Below are positions 48,860 through 60,853 of a DNA stretch of 64,000 nucleotides, piece by piece; within the stretch, counting starts at the first letter, position 1, and every line of letters begins with the position of its first letter. The DNA is taken from the NCBI GenBank assembly GCA_044892525.1, contig CM097885.1:121830001-121894000 (forward strand), read 5' to 3'. Position numbers and translations under genes: made by a program. The DNA is from Schmidtea polychroa. Taxonomy: Eukaryota. The notes below the pieces were generated by a model. It made no database searches. It saw nothing but the letters and a program-made list of their open reading frames with translations, and was not told the DNA's origin.

Positions 48860-51800
48860 TTCATGATGTGGAAACTGAAAAAATTACTTCATGTAAAATT
48901 TTGTTTTTTGACCCAAAACCTTTCAACTCAGCTTCATTTAGCTCCTCAGATAATTCAGTTTTAATTACTCCAATCTCATCATCTTCCTCTTTTACGATTC
49001 TAGGCCAGTAAGTTACAATAACCTCGTTTTCAGACATTTCATCCTGTGGCTTCGTTGCATAAACATTATTTATGTAATTTGTATTAAATCCGCAATTAGC
49101 TAAATTTTCGTCATCGTCTAACTCTATTCCTTTGTAAGTCAGTACAATAATCCCATTATTTCCCATTGTTTCTGCAGCTTTTTGTCGTAATTTTGACACC
49201 TTTACGCTCCAGTGCTATTGAAAGTATTCAACTTTTCCATCAATATTTGGAGCTATCATTAATGATTTCGAATTACACTCCGGTTCTCTGTAATCATATT
49301 TTAAGTTCCGTAGAATTTCCTTTAATCTGGTTTGATATTTCGTTTTTTTATGAATATGCGGCAAAATACGTTCGAACAGCTTCTCTTTATCTTTTCCATT
49401 CATTTTTGAACTCATCACTAATTCAAGACATTTATTGATCTCGTCCTCATCAACGATATATAACATGTCTCGCAAATTCCTTAGGGTTTCGTTCCAATTT
49501 TTAAAATCTGAATTTGAATGATTAAAAGTATCCAAAATATTTACCTCATTTTTCAATCAGGGATTAAACCACAATCTACCAAGTATTCCGCATCCTTCAG
49601 TTTTCCCATTTACCGTTGTGTCAATTTCACGCTACCTTTATTGTATTTAGCCAGAATAAGCATTGTCAAATCTTTGATTTGTCCATAAGGATTGATAGAA
49701 AATTGAGCTTTAATACCATTGATGTCTGTGGTCTCCACGATAATATTATCCAAATCGTTTTTGGATCTTAATGCTTTTCCAAATGTTCTCATTAATTTAG
49801 CAATTTCCTCATCTTGGAGTATGCTGTAAAGCTTAGAACATAAGTTCAATGCACTTTTCAATTTCTTATGACTAAGTTGGATCTGACTTAACTACGTAAC
49901 CCACTCTTTCAATCTTGGATTGTTTGTTTCCATATTTTGAGCCATCTTTCCATTTTATTTAATAACAACGTAGCCTTTTGTTCAACAAGTCATTTTTTAC
50001 TTTATTAGCAAAGTTTTCCGAAATATTTTCGTACGCCATATAAGAGTCTGCTCCGTCATCAAATTCAATTTTCGACATCAACTTGTCTAATTTTTTCTCA
50101 TTTCTCGAACTTCATTTTCCATCTTTTCTTTAAAGTCGTCTTTTTGAGCATAAGCTACATTGGCATTGATTGATTCATCTTGAAATTTACTTGATTTCTT
50201 GGGATATCTAGAAGGTGATATAGTTCTTGAAAAACAATTTCTGCTAATGTGGCCCATTTTTCCACATCGATAACATTCAATGTCACCATTGTTTGGCTTA
50301 TTTTCAGTAAATCTATCTTTGGGACTCATATTTCTACCATTTCTGAATCAACATTGATTTGAATAATATCCAGGCTTCTTGCAAAACTCGCATACAATAT
50401 TATTCAATATCTCGTTTATTTGATTACTAAAAGTTGCTTTATTAACTTCCAATTTATTACCTAATCTTGGAGAGCTGTTTGATTTAATTGGTTCTTTTGA
50501 TTCCCATTGATTCTTTACTGGAGTTATCGCCCTTTCTCTTTTCTCGGCATTTGCGGCAAATACTTCAGATTTTCTGGTACTTTTTAAATTCAATTCAATT
50601 TTCATTGCTTTCTTCACGAGTTCATCGAAATTCGAAAAATCTACGTAGCATAGTGCTTTTTTTATTTCAGGATGGGCTCGTTATAAATTGATCTTCTAGC
50701 AGTTCTCTGACTTGTTTCACCATCTCCACTTGTTCAGGCTTTGCTTCGAAGGCTTTGTCTGCTAAAGTCGTTAAATGGAATGCGAATTCACTCAACGATT
50801 CATTTGGATTTTGTACTCTGGCATAAAATTTTTGTCGCATTATCCTTTTAATATCGCCTCCCACCAATTTCATTGCCATAGCGTCTTCGAGTTTGGCCCA
50901 ATCATTTCCAACTGTCTTTCTATCTACTTGCTGCCAAGCTTCTCTAACAGCTCCTTTTAAATAGAGTGGGAATCTTTGTACCAATATTGATTGTGACCAC
51001 CCATAGGCCGAAGCGTACATATAACAATCGCCCATGAAATCGGCAAACTCAACCGGGTCTCCTCCATACTGATTCACCGGTAATTTTTGACAACTGGCAA
51101 AATCTATCATCTCTGCGTTCTCTCTGGCCATCTTTACTTTTCGGTTTCTCAAATTGTATTCACTCATTGCTAAATATTAAAATTAATAATCAATAATTAC
51201 TACCTCTTTCAAATACCCCGATTTCCAATTATTTTCAAATTTTTATTACTTTAATTTTCTTCACCTCTTTTCACTCTTCAATATTCGCCCACCAACGTTT
51301 GATCACGTCGGGCTCACCAAAATATATGTTGGGTTTTATGATATCAAAATCAACCGTTGGTTACTCTGACTCCACGTGTTCCAAAATCAATAAACACAAA
51401 CTCCCAACGTATATTTGTTTTATAACAATTCACAACTCTCAACAATTAATCACACTGTCGGTTAATCACAATTCTCACACAATTTCAGATCGGACTCCGC
51501 TCTGGAAGGTCTCAACCTCGTACGATTAAAAAATTAGGTTTCACCTTTTGATTTAGTTCCACTCTCTGATCCAATCTCCTTTGACGCTTCTTGTCTAACT
51601 CTTCAGTTTTTCCTATAATTCTTTTCTTCTTATATTCTATTCCTTTAACTCCTAATGTCGTTTTATTCTTCCCTACCTAAGGCTATTGCCCATTATGTGA
51701 ATTTTAAGTTTCCTTATAATCGTTGTAATTGCCCCATTTTTGACCTAATTGGTTTTGACTTCTTTAGTTATCATTCCCTAATTGGCTATTTCTTTTGACC

Positions 51801-52215
51801 ATCTTCGTAATTCCCCTTCTTTTGTTTACCCTTGTTTATCCGGTTGTTTGGATAATTGCCCTCGAGTGCCTCGTTTTTTTACCCTTCCAAATTTCCGTGC
51901 TCGGGTTTTCTTCATCGCTCGGGTTATCCATTGGCTCGGGCTTTCCATTAGCCAATTAATTAATTAATTAATATTTTACGTTTTTCACATTTGTCTATTT
52001 TACGACCCTTTCTACACATTTTCTAACAATTTCTTCTTCACTATCCCCTAATCTACCTCTCTCCCGTTTTCCAGCTTCAATTTCGATAACTTTTCACATC
52101 ATTCCACTTCCTCAGCTTTGCACATTTTTCCATTTTATGTCTGATTATAACCCTTTTATAGTTCTGTTTTTATCATATCTTTCTTTACATTACTTCTCTG
52201 CTTGACCACCCTTTG
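48860..52215 (-). mobile_element. Truncated LTR retroelement 2, same family as element 1: LTR, PBS, gag, knuckles, UBL-helical-UBL
   Basis: LTR 51327 to about 52215; gag 50667-51167 homologous to 40778-41368; knuckles CEFCKKPGYYSNQC and CYRCGKMGHISRNC; UBL-like segments 49556-49747 and 49053-49265; several stops and frameshifts. Confidence 0.8.
51302..51319 (-). promoter_or_regulatory. tRNA-Trp primer binding site of element 2
   Basis: Minus strand TGGTGAGCCCGACGTGAT matches the complement of canonical tRNA-Trp 3' end at 17 of 18 positions. Confidence 0.85.
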
Positions 52216-52437
52216 TAGTGAATTAAAAATTTCAAAAATTAAAAACTTAAAGTGAATCTGAAATTTGATCAAAAAAAAATTACTTTATTTCTATAAAATA
52301 GAATTCTTTATTTCTATAAAAACAGAATGCTTTATTTAATTGTGTAAAAAAAATTTAGTTTTAAAAATATAATAAATTTTGAATTTCTTGAATATAATTA
52401 TCAATTGGTTTATTCTTAAATATCAATATCCAGAAAG

Positions 52438-53412
52438 ATGTTAACTAGAAGCATTATAGATTTTTACGATAATAAAGCAATTTTTATAACTGGTGTTACG
52501 GGATTATTAGGTAAATCAGTTATTGAGAAATTATTAAGATCAGAAGGCGCATCAGTAGCCGAAAGATTTGCCAAGCTTATATCATCAGACTTTCCCGATT
52601 TAGTCAGAATAGAAAATCCCAAAGCACTTAATAAAATTACAGCATTTGCTGAAAATGTAACTGATGTTAATTTCGGTTTAAATTATAACGGTTTAAATGA
52701 ATTATTAAACAATGTATCTGTTATCATGCATGCTGCTGCCACTGTCAGATTTAATGAGCCGTTAAAATTGACGACAGAAATGAATGTAATACCCGTTATT
52801 AAGCCGATGGAAACGTGTCATCAAATGAAGAATCTTGAAATTTTAATCCATGTTTCAATATCGCATGTAAATTATGATATGGAATTTGTGCATGAATACG
52901 TTTATCCGCCATCATTAGATCCTTATAAGGTTGTCGATATCGTCCAGTACTTGATTGAGGATCTGGTCAATCTGATCATTCCAGATATGTTGAAAAACAA
53001 ACCAAATACTTATACATTCACGAAGCAATTGGCTGGATATACTATTCAGCAAAACATTGATAAATTACCATTAGTGATCGTTCGGCAATCAGTTATTGGA
53101 GCTTCTGTCATTGAACCGTTTCCGGGTTGGACGGATAATTTTAATGCAGTTACTGGACTTATCGCCGCTATCAGCAAAGGTATGCTGAGGTCAATGATGG
53201 GAGATTATATCAAGTCCACCAATATCATCCCGGTTGACACAAACGCCAATTTTATAATTGCCGCTGGCTGGTATTCTGATGGTACATATGTTATTAAATT
53301 AGCAAATGAAAATGTCCAACCAAATGAAAAGGCCACCAAACAAGAAGAAGCCGACTACGACACCCTTCAATTTCGGTTTTCCTTTTACTCGGAACTATTA
53401 GATTTGATATAA
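52438..53412 (+). pseudogene. FAR: Intronless, truncated fatty acyl-CoA reductase copy
   Basis: FYDNKAIFITGVTGLLGK Rossmann motif, HAAATVRFNEPLK, catalytic NTYTFTK, IVRQSVIGAS..EPFPGWTDN...IIPVD. About 15 aa missing after KLLRS; no C-terminal Sterile domain; no introns. Confidence 0.8.
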
Positions 53413-53619
53413 TTTAATAATTTACTTTTAAAACCTCAACAAAATGATAACAACGAAGATCTTGGTCAATCTTACGTTCTTATAAGAAAAGAAAAAAAAA
53501 CATCAATTACATAATGTATATAATAAATAACAAACTTCCTTACTCTGAAGTGGGTTTACAAAATTTTCTCAGCAAAAAAAAAGTTGGCATGAAGAGTGAG
53601 TTGTGACTGAAATGCGTCG

Positions 53620-54722
53620 GTATATATAACCTATTTTTGGTGTGCAAGTATGTGCGCGTGCATTGATGCAGTAAAACAAATTCGAAAATAAAACAGCACA
53701 CATAATATAAAATACACGCAAATTTAATATAGCTTTTTTTATTCCGAAAGTAGAGAGTCATTAGCATACTGTTAACATATCATTAATTTAAAATTATTAA
53801 AATTCTTGGCTGAAAAAAATTTGGATTTTGAATCTGACAACTCAACTTTGAGTTTTCGAGAAATGGACGACAAAACATCGTAAGATCTATTTATAAAATA
53901 TTTTTGAAGTTAATATTTCTTTAGATTTTCAGATATTTCTTTGGAGACATTTCCATTTTGCGAAGGTGAAGATCTGACAATGTAAGAATTATTTTATTTA
54001 ATTACAAATAATTAAAATATTTTACAGCATATCAGATATTTCTAGTCAAACGCCTTTGTGTGAAGATATTCAACAAGTTCCATCGACATCTTTTGAATTG
54101 AAGAAAAAAATTCGAAAATCGTAAATTTTAATAACTTATTTTAAAAAAATAATATTTTCAAAGAATTTCAGAAAATGACAAAATCCGTCTCATCAATGCA
54201 TATGAAAATGGAGAAAATTATAAAGATTTTGGAAGATTACTGGGAATCTCCAAAAAATCGATTGGAACCATTATTTCTTAAAAAAATAAATGTGTTTGGA
54301 GATTATTTTATTTCTTTTTAGTTAAAAATATATATAACTGACATTTTATTGAAATAATTCCAAATTCATAACATATCATAAAATACCTAAAAAAGCACCT
54401 GAAATTTAATTATCAATATATTATAAATGCTGATTACAAGTAATATTTAAGAGCTTGAATAATGATCTCATAATTATATAAAATCAAAATTCAAGCCTTA
54501 AAATATACTTAAATTTAAAAAACTTACTTCTAAAATCATAAATAAAATTGAATTGAAAATCAAAAAATGAAATAAACTCTCTCATAAATGGTGAGTCATC
54601 GATTGATGAACACACCAACATGTGTTATAGAGACTTTTAACATGTAGAATTAGGTGTATATATAACCTATTTTTGGTGTGCAAATGTGTGCGCGTGCATT
54701 GATGCAGTAAAACAAATTCGAA
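53620..54722. repeat. Pair of about 67-bp direct repeats (53620-53686 and 54656-54722)
   Basis: GTATATATAACCTATTTTTGGTGTGCAA...GCGCGTGCATTGATGCAGTAAAACAAATTCGAA occurs twice with few differences. Confidence 0.9.
53863..54281 (+). CDS. Small 4-exon gene ending in a transposase-like helix-turn-helix
   Basis: Exons 53863-53879, 53925-53981, 54028-54120, 54164-54281 with three phase-2 GT-AG introns of 43-46 bp give an open frame ending KKKIRKSISENDKIRLINAYENGENYKDFGRLLGISKKSIGTIIS, an IS630/Tc1-like HTH. Start codon uncertain. Confidence 0.6.
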
Positions 54723-55862
54723 TTATTTTAATTTCGGTTAATTTGGAATCTTAATTTTTGTCGATTTTAATAGCGATTTTTGTAAATTAATTTTTGTTTT
54801 TATTTTCTAAATTTTATTTTTGATTTAATTTTTATTAAATTTGCCACCACGATGAATATGAGGATTTCTAGAACATTCCATACTATATTGTAATATTTTA
54901 GTATATAATTCTTATTTTATGCGCTTTTTTATTAATTCTTTTTTATAATTTTGTTATTTTTAAACTTATTAGTTTGATTCTGCAAATTTTATTGGGTTTT
55001 TGGTGGCCATGATGGATTTCGCCGTTTTTATGGGTTGCTCAGAGTCTTTATTTGTTTTCTATTATAATTTGATCTTTAAATTACTTTTCTTTCCAAATTT
55101 TATGGAAATTTCTTTGATTTCCGTTCATATTTTGTTCGAAATGGTTTATTGTTGTTATGTGTTCCAGTTATATTAGAGTAAGTTTCATGTAGTACTTCTT
55201 GCTTATGTTTAATTTTTCTTTTAATTTGTGTATTTTACTTTTGTGTACAGTGTTTTCGGTTATTTTTGTTTACTTGATGTTTATTATATTTGATTTTGAG
55301 TACACTTGGGTATAAAATTCAATTCTAGCCTATCATGAGTTTTACAAATAAAAAAATGTTACGGCGAATCCACGAGACCCTAGAATGATTGTGGAAGAAC
55401 GCTAATCGCGATGAGTTTACTAATTTTCTATTATTTAATATTTTTTTCCTATTATCAATAATTGATTTTGGTTTTCTTAATGATCATAACAACAATTTTA
55501 TCAGTAACTATTAATTCCCATCATCTTCCTCAAAAATTTATTTATTTAATTAAATTAATTAATTTTGCACAACTCTAAAATGATCCAATATTAACTAGCA
55601 ATCAGGCAAGACATAAAATGTTGTATATACCATTACATAATTCTTGCAACAACCTTTTAATATTCCTCTTCTTAACCTTCGTATATTTGTGAAAATTAAT
55701 AATTTGCTTGCAAGACTTGTTAACAATAATAACTAATTTTAATAATTCAGTGAAGTAAAAAATATCTTAATAGTTCTTAACAAAATTCTTTAAAGACAAA
55801 CCTTTAGGAATTTAAAAAAGTTTATTTTAATAAAATTAAATATATTTCATAAATCCTTTTAT

Positions 55863-58800
55863 CTAATTAGGTTGAATAACTTCCATTTCTTTTGGTAAAG
55901 AGTTATTTGTTTTATTTATCAATATTGGAGTGCCGGGATTTCTTCGTACTGGCTGAGCCTGAAAAAGTGCCTCTCCGAATATTTTCTAAAATAGAAATGA
56001 TAAAGATAAACCAAAATATATAATATTAACTCTATGTTTTAAAGATTCTCTAGCTCTATTATAAGATTCTTCGTCAGGTTTCCCTTCGTATTTAGAATGT
56101 TTGATTGTGTCGAACTTCTCTATCGGATCTTCATAGATTAAGCTAACTGATCCACCATCATTTGCTTTATTTTCAAAGTTTTGTTCTCCGTCGAGATATG
56201 ACTCAGTATACCATAAATCAAACTCTAATAAAAGTTTAAAAATATAAAAAATATTTTTACACAGTAATTATTTTCAAAAATACGACTCGTGCGAACGAGG
56301 TGCTAAAATCATGATTGGTTTCGGATATAAAAGGTAAATATCAGAAAGAAAGAAATACGTAGTTATTTTACAGCAAAATAACGAAACAACAGTATCCAAA
56401 GTATTATTATTTTCTCTATTTTTAAATTTTAACCAAAAATAGTTTATTAATCTTATAGATTAAATTTTCTTTAATCATTATTAACCCTAATCATACACCT
56501 GTTTGCGTGGAAAAATAACGTTTATAATACAAATTGGGTTGCAAATCAACATATAACTCATAATTTGTCAGTAATTATTTTTATAAATTATTAATTTAAA
56601 AATTTCCTTTTTTTGAATATTTTATAATTTAATGTAAGTTTTAATAATTTTTAACTTAAATTTAAGGTTTATCTGCCACATATTTTAATTTTATTTATGC
56701 ATTTTCGGTTAAATTGGCGAATATTTACAAAATAGTGTTTTTTATTTTTAACTTGGCGTTTTAAGTTGATCTCTTCAAATTTGTAAAATATAGAGCAAAA
56801 TAAACTTTCCAGTATTCATAATAACCGTTCATAATAATAATTAGTCTTCATTACTTAATATTTTTTCTCTTTATTTTCGTGAAAACTCTAGAGTAATAAG
56901 ATCGAATTCAGTAGAGTTTAAGGCATTATTTATAAATTTTTATGTAATTGTAACAGAAAGTTTACATCCATTTTTATGTTTTATTTCTTAAAATTTCTTT
57001 ATATTTAAATATTTTGTTGAAATTTTTAATCTACGAGATAATTCTGTTTTCAAATAAACTTCAACTCAAAAAAATTTTTTCTAACCAAATTATTAATGTA
57101 AAATTATCTAAAATCAATTATTTCCGAATTTTATCTATAATTTTAATAAAAACTTTTAAAAATAAAATTATAATAATATATTATTAATAATAATTATAGT
57201 AAAAAAAACTTATAAATCTAGTATTTTTTTGACAATATTAAAATAAATCCCGTGTATAAGCACGTATAAGTCGAGAAATTTACGTCAAATTTTCAAGCCA
57301 AAATAGCCACTTCGCGGGTCAAAAAAGTAAAAATTAATTTTTAACGAAATTAATAAATTTGTTATAATTTGTAGTGTTAATTTTTTAATTATAGAGTAAT
57401 TTTTTTCATTAAATATGGCTAAAATTGTAATTTATTAATATTTTCAAGCATAATTAACGGACAAATAATAAACTTGACAACATATCATTTTCAATCAGGT
57501 TGTTTTTATCAAAAACTGAACAAAAAAGTGCAGAGCAGCGCAAAAGTGAAACGTAGTCAAAATTCACATGAAGTTGAATTTAAATTACATGTGGTGGAAT
57601 TCGCTGAGATTAATTGCAACTCAAAAGCTACCACAGAAAATAACGTCAATAAGAAGCTTGTTCGAGACTAGCGAAAAAATAATAAGTAGTTTACTGAAAT
57701 ACCAAAAACAGCAAATGATCTCAAAACTGACTTTGATATAATACAAGGAGGACTCACATCTATGCTCCAGCCACTGGATGTCTGTCTCAACAAACCCTTC
57801 AAAGATCGACTTCGCAAGATGTGGACTGAGTTGATGAGTTCAAGTTCAGCAAATCTAACAAAATGTGGAAATTTACAGAAACTTGGCATTGCACTTGTTG
57901 CTGCTTGGGTTGATGAGGCTTGGAAATCAATTTCAGAATCTATGATCAAATATTCATTCCTGAAATGCACCATCAGTAATGCTATGGATGGATCAGAAGA
58001 TGATGCTTTGTTTGTAGATAATGCATGTGATCTGGAAGATGATGGCAGTGACCTGGCAGATGATGAGGCTCAATATGAAGAGAATGATTAAACAGAGAAC
58101 CATATTGGAGATATTACATATGATCTAAACTTTTTGCTATATTTTTGCTATTTTTTGCAATATCTTAAATTTTCTTTTTACTTTTCTTACTTCGACTTAT
58201 ACGCGAGTATAGGCAGTAAGTTTAATTTTTTAAGTCTTGCTACTGTGGTATGTAGTAAAAATGAGTGATTTGAAATATTAAAAATATAAAAATTGATTTT
58301 AATAGTTGAATTTCTATGTAAATTAAATTTTTAATAAAATGTTAAGTGAAAAATATTTGAAATTGTTCTTTGAAAAATAATAATGAAGATAACGAATTTG
58401 TAATTTCATGTTAAAGAAAGTACGAACGCTATCTGAATGCGACGTTAGGAAAGTTGCACATTAGTCTAATTTCATGGAAACAGCACACGACAGTCACAGA
58501 TTACAAAATTTCAAAATGTATACACTACATATGTTACTTGGAAAACGTATATTTTGGAAGTATCAGCGAAAGAGTTGAATATTTATATTTCAATTTAAAT
58601 GGAAATTTTGCAATAAAAATTGTAAAAAAATCAACCAAATTATATAATTCAGTTAAAACAAAAAATAAATTACCTTTAATTAGGCGTTGACGAGTTAAAT
58701 CAACCATTTTTTGACAATGAAAAATAGCACTTTTTAAATTTTTCAAATTTTCATAAAATTCTCGATAACATTTTTTATTGTCATTTAATTTTTGAATTTC

Positions 58801-60772
58801 TTCAAATTCTTCTTCAGTTATTATTAGTTCACCATCATTGGTATAGGTGGGACCTGAATGTTTTATAAATCACGTATAAAAATATTTTAAAAAACCTTGA
58901 AATTCTCTTTCACGCTTAAGTGTCTCTAATTTTATTATACTTTCGTCGATTTCCGATTTTATACTATTTATTTTGTTAGCAAGGACAGAATATTCTTTTT
59001 TCTTATTGGATAATATTTCTTGGATAAGTAAATTAAAATTTAAACTTTATTTTAAAAACCTTTATTTTGTAACAAAATGCTAGATATTTCTTTTCCTTGT
59101 TCTATTTTAAATTCTTCATACGCTTCTGACCTAGTTGGAACTCTAAATTATTAATCATTAAATAAAATTATTTTTTGATGAAAAAATTATACAATTTAAC
59201 AATTTCTTTAAAATTCTTAAAATATAATTATTGCATTAATTTATTTTTATATATGAAAAGATCAACATTTACAAAACTGTTAATGATTAATTTATTTAAT
59301 TTACACACATTTCAGCATTTTATCTTTATTTTTTATTTTTGTTTGAATGTATACTTTCGGAGTTTTTGAATATTTTCGTTGAATTCAATAACTAAATTAT
59401 GAAGTTTTCAGATACTAAATATTATTTTATATTCTAATGTTATATTGGATTAATTGGCGAATTATGATGCTAGCAATTATCATTTCAAGCGTACTTTAGT
59501 AACAAAAATAATGAATTTCCAACCAATTTACGGATTAATACCGGGATGAATGTTTTAAATGAAAATTTTAAAACTATAACATTGCATTGTAAAATTTTTA
59601 TAAATTTCAAATGACTAAATATTTCAATAACTTAAATATAATATTTTATAATATTTAATAATATGATTTAGTAAGTTGTTTTATTGAGTGAATTGAATTT
59701 TTAATCTTTATAAGTTTAGGAAAATATTTTAAAAAGATCCTCCTAATTATTTTATTTTTTGAAAAACAATTGTTTTCGAACGTGTTCGATTATGAATCCT
59801 ACTAATACCTGAAACACCGCGAAAGACATTTCTAATAAATACTATTGAAATCCGATTTCTCTATGTTTATCACAATTCTAAAGAAGTAGGTAGGTAGTAG
59901 CCAAGGCAAAACGACCATCCGGGATATCACTCCTACCCCCATAGAAATTTTTATAATTGCTGTCGGGAGCTACGCTATATTTTTTCTAATTCACACTATA
60001 GTCAGGGGGTCTCTTTGGACTATTGGAATTTTTTGGACACTAAATTCGACCCTCGCTAAAACCTCAATTGCTCCAGAGCCCTACACAATATTTTCTCTTT
60101 GATCGTATAGATCTTTGTACACAAAATCCCGGTCTCATTAAAACATCCAAAGTATTTTTGAGGTCCTTAAATTTTTTGTATACAAAATCCGACTGTCACT
60201 AAAAAACTTAAGGTATTTTTAAGGTCTATATTAAATATTAAATATTATAATTCTTTCTATACAAAATGCAGTCCTCGTTAAAAAACCCAAAGTATTTTAA
60301 GGTCCATGTATTTTTTGAACAAGAATTTATAGTCAAATATTTTGATGAATCGATGACCCTTTGAAATTTTGGTAATTATTTTAAATTAAGTAAATTAAAG
60401 TAAATAAAGAAAATGTTTTAAAAAATTTTAGTCGAAGATAAAATTTAACATGCAATTTGTAGAGAGTAAATAAATTTGTAGAAAATTTCTCATGATTTTT
60501 AAGATTACTATAATTCTTCATTTCAACTAAATAACATTTGTAAAGGTGGTATCCAGAATTTGTGTTAAATGGGAAAAGTAAAACATTAATCTATAATTAA
60601 AATCTAGATAAATGAAATTCTAAAGGAAAAAATGAAAGTTGAACAAATAATAACTATAATTGAAGACTTATAAATCTCTATAACAGCAAAGATGTAAACT
60701 TTAGTATCGCTAAAAACTGATACACCAAAGTTATAAATTAAGGCTCACTATAGAAAAGTAGAAAAATAAAAT

Positions 60773-60853
<81 letters not shown>

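Noticed and set aside
54730-55330. T-rich strand-biased segment that may be a retroelement integrase/env remnant on the minus strand
   Set aside because: Only a short hydrophobic stretch is readable; no diagnostic motif.
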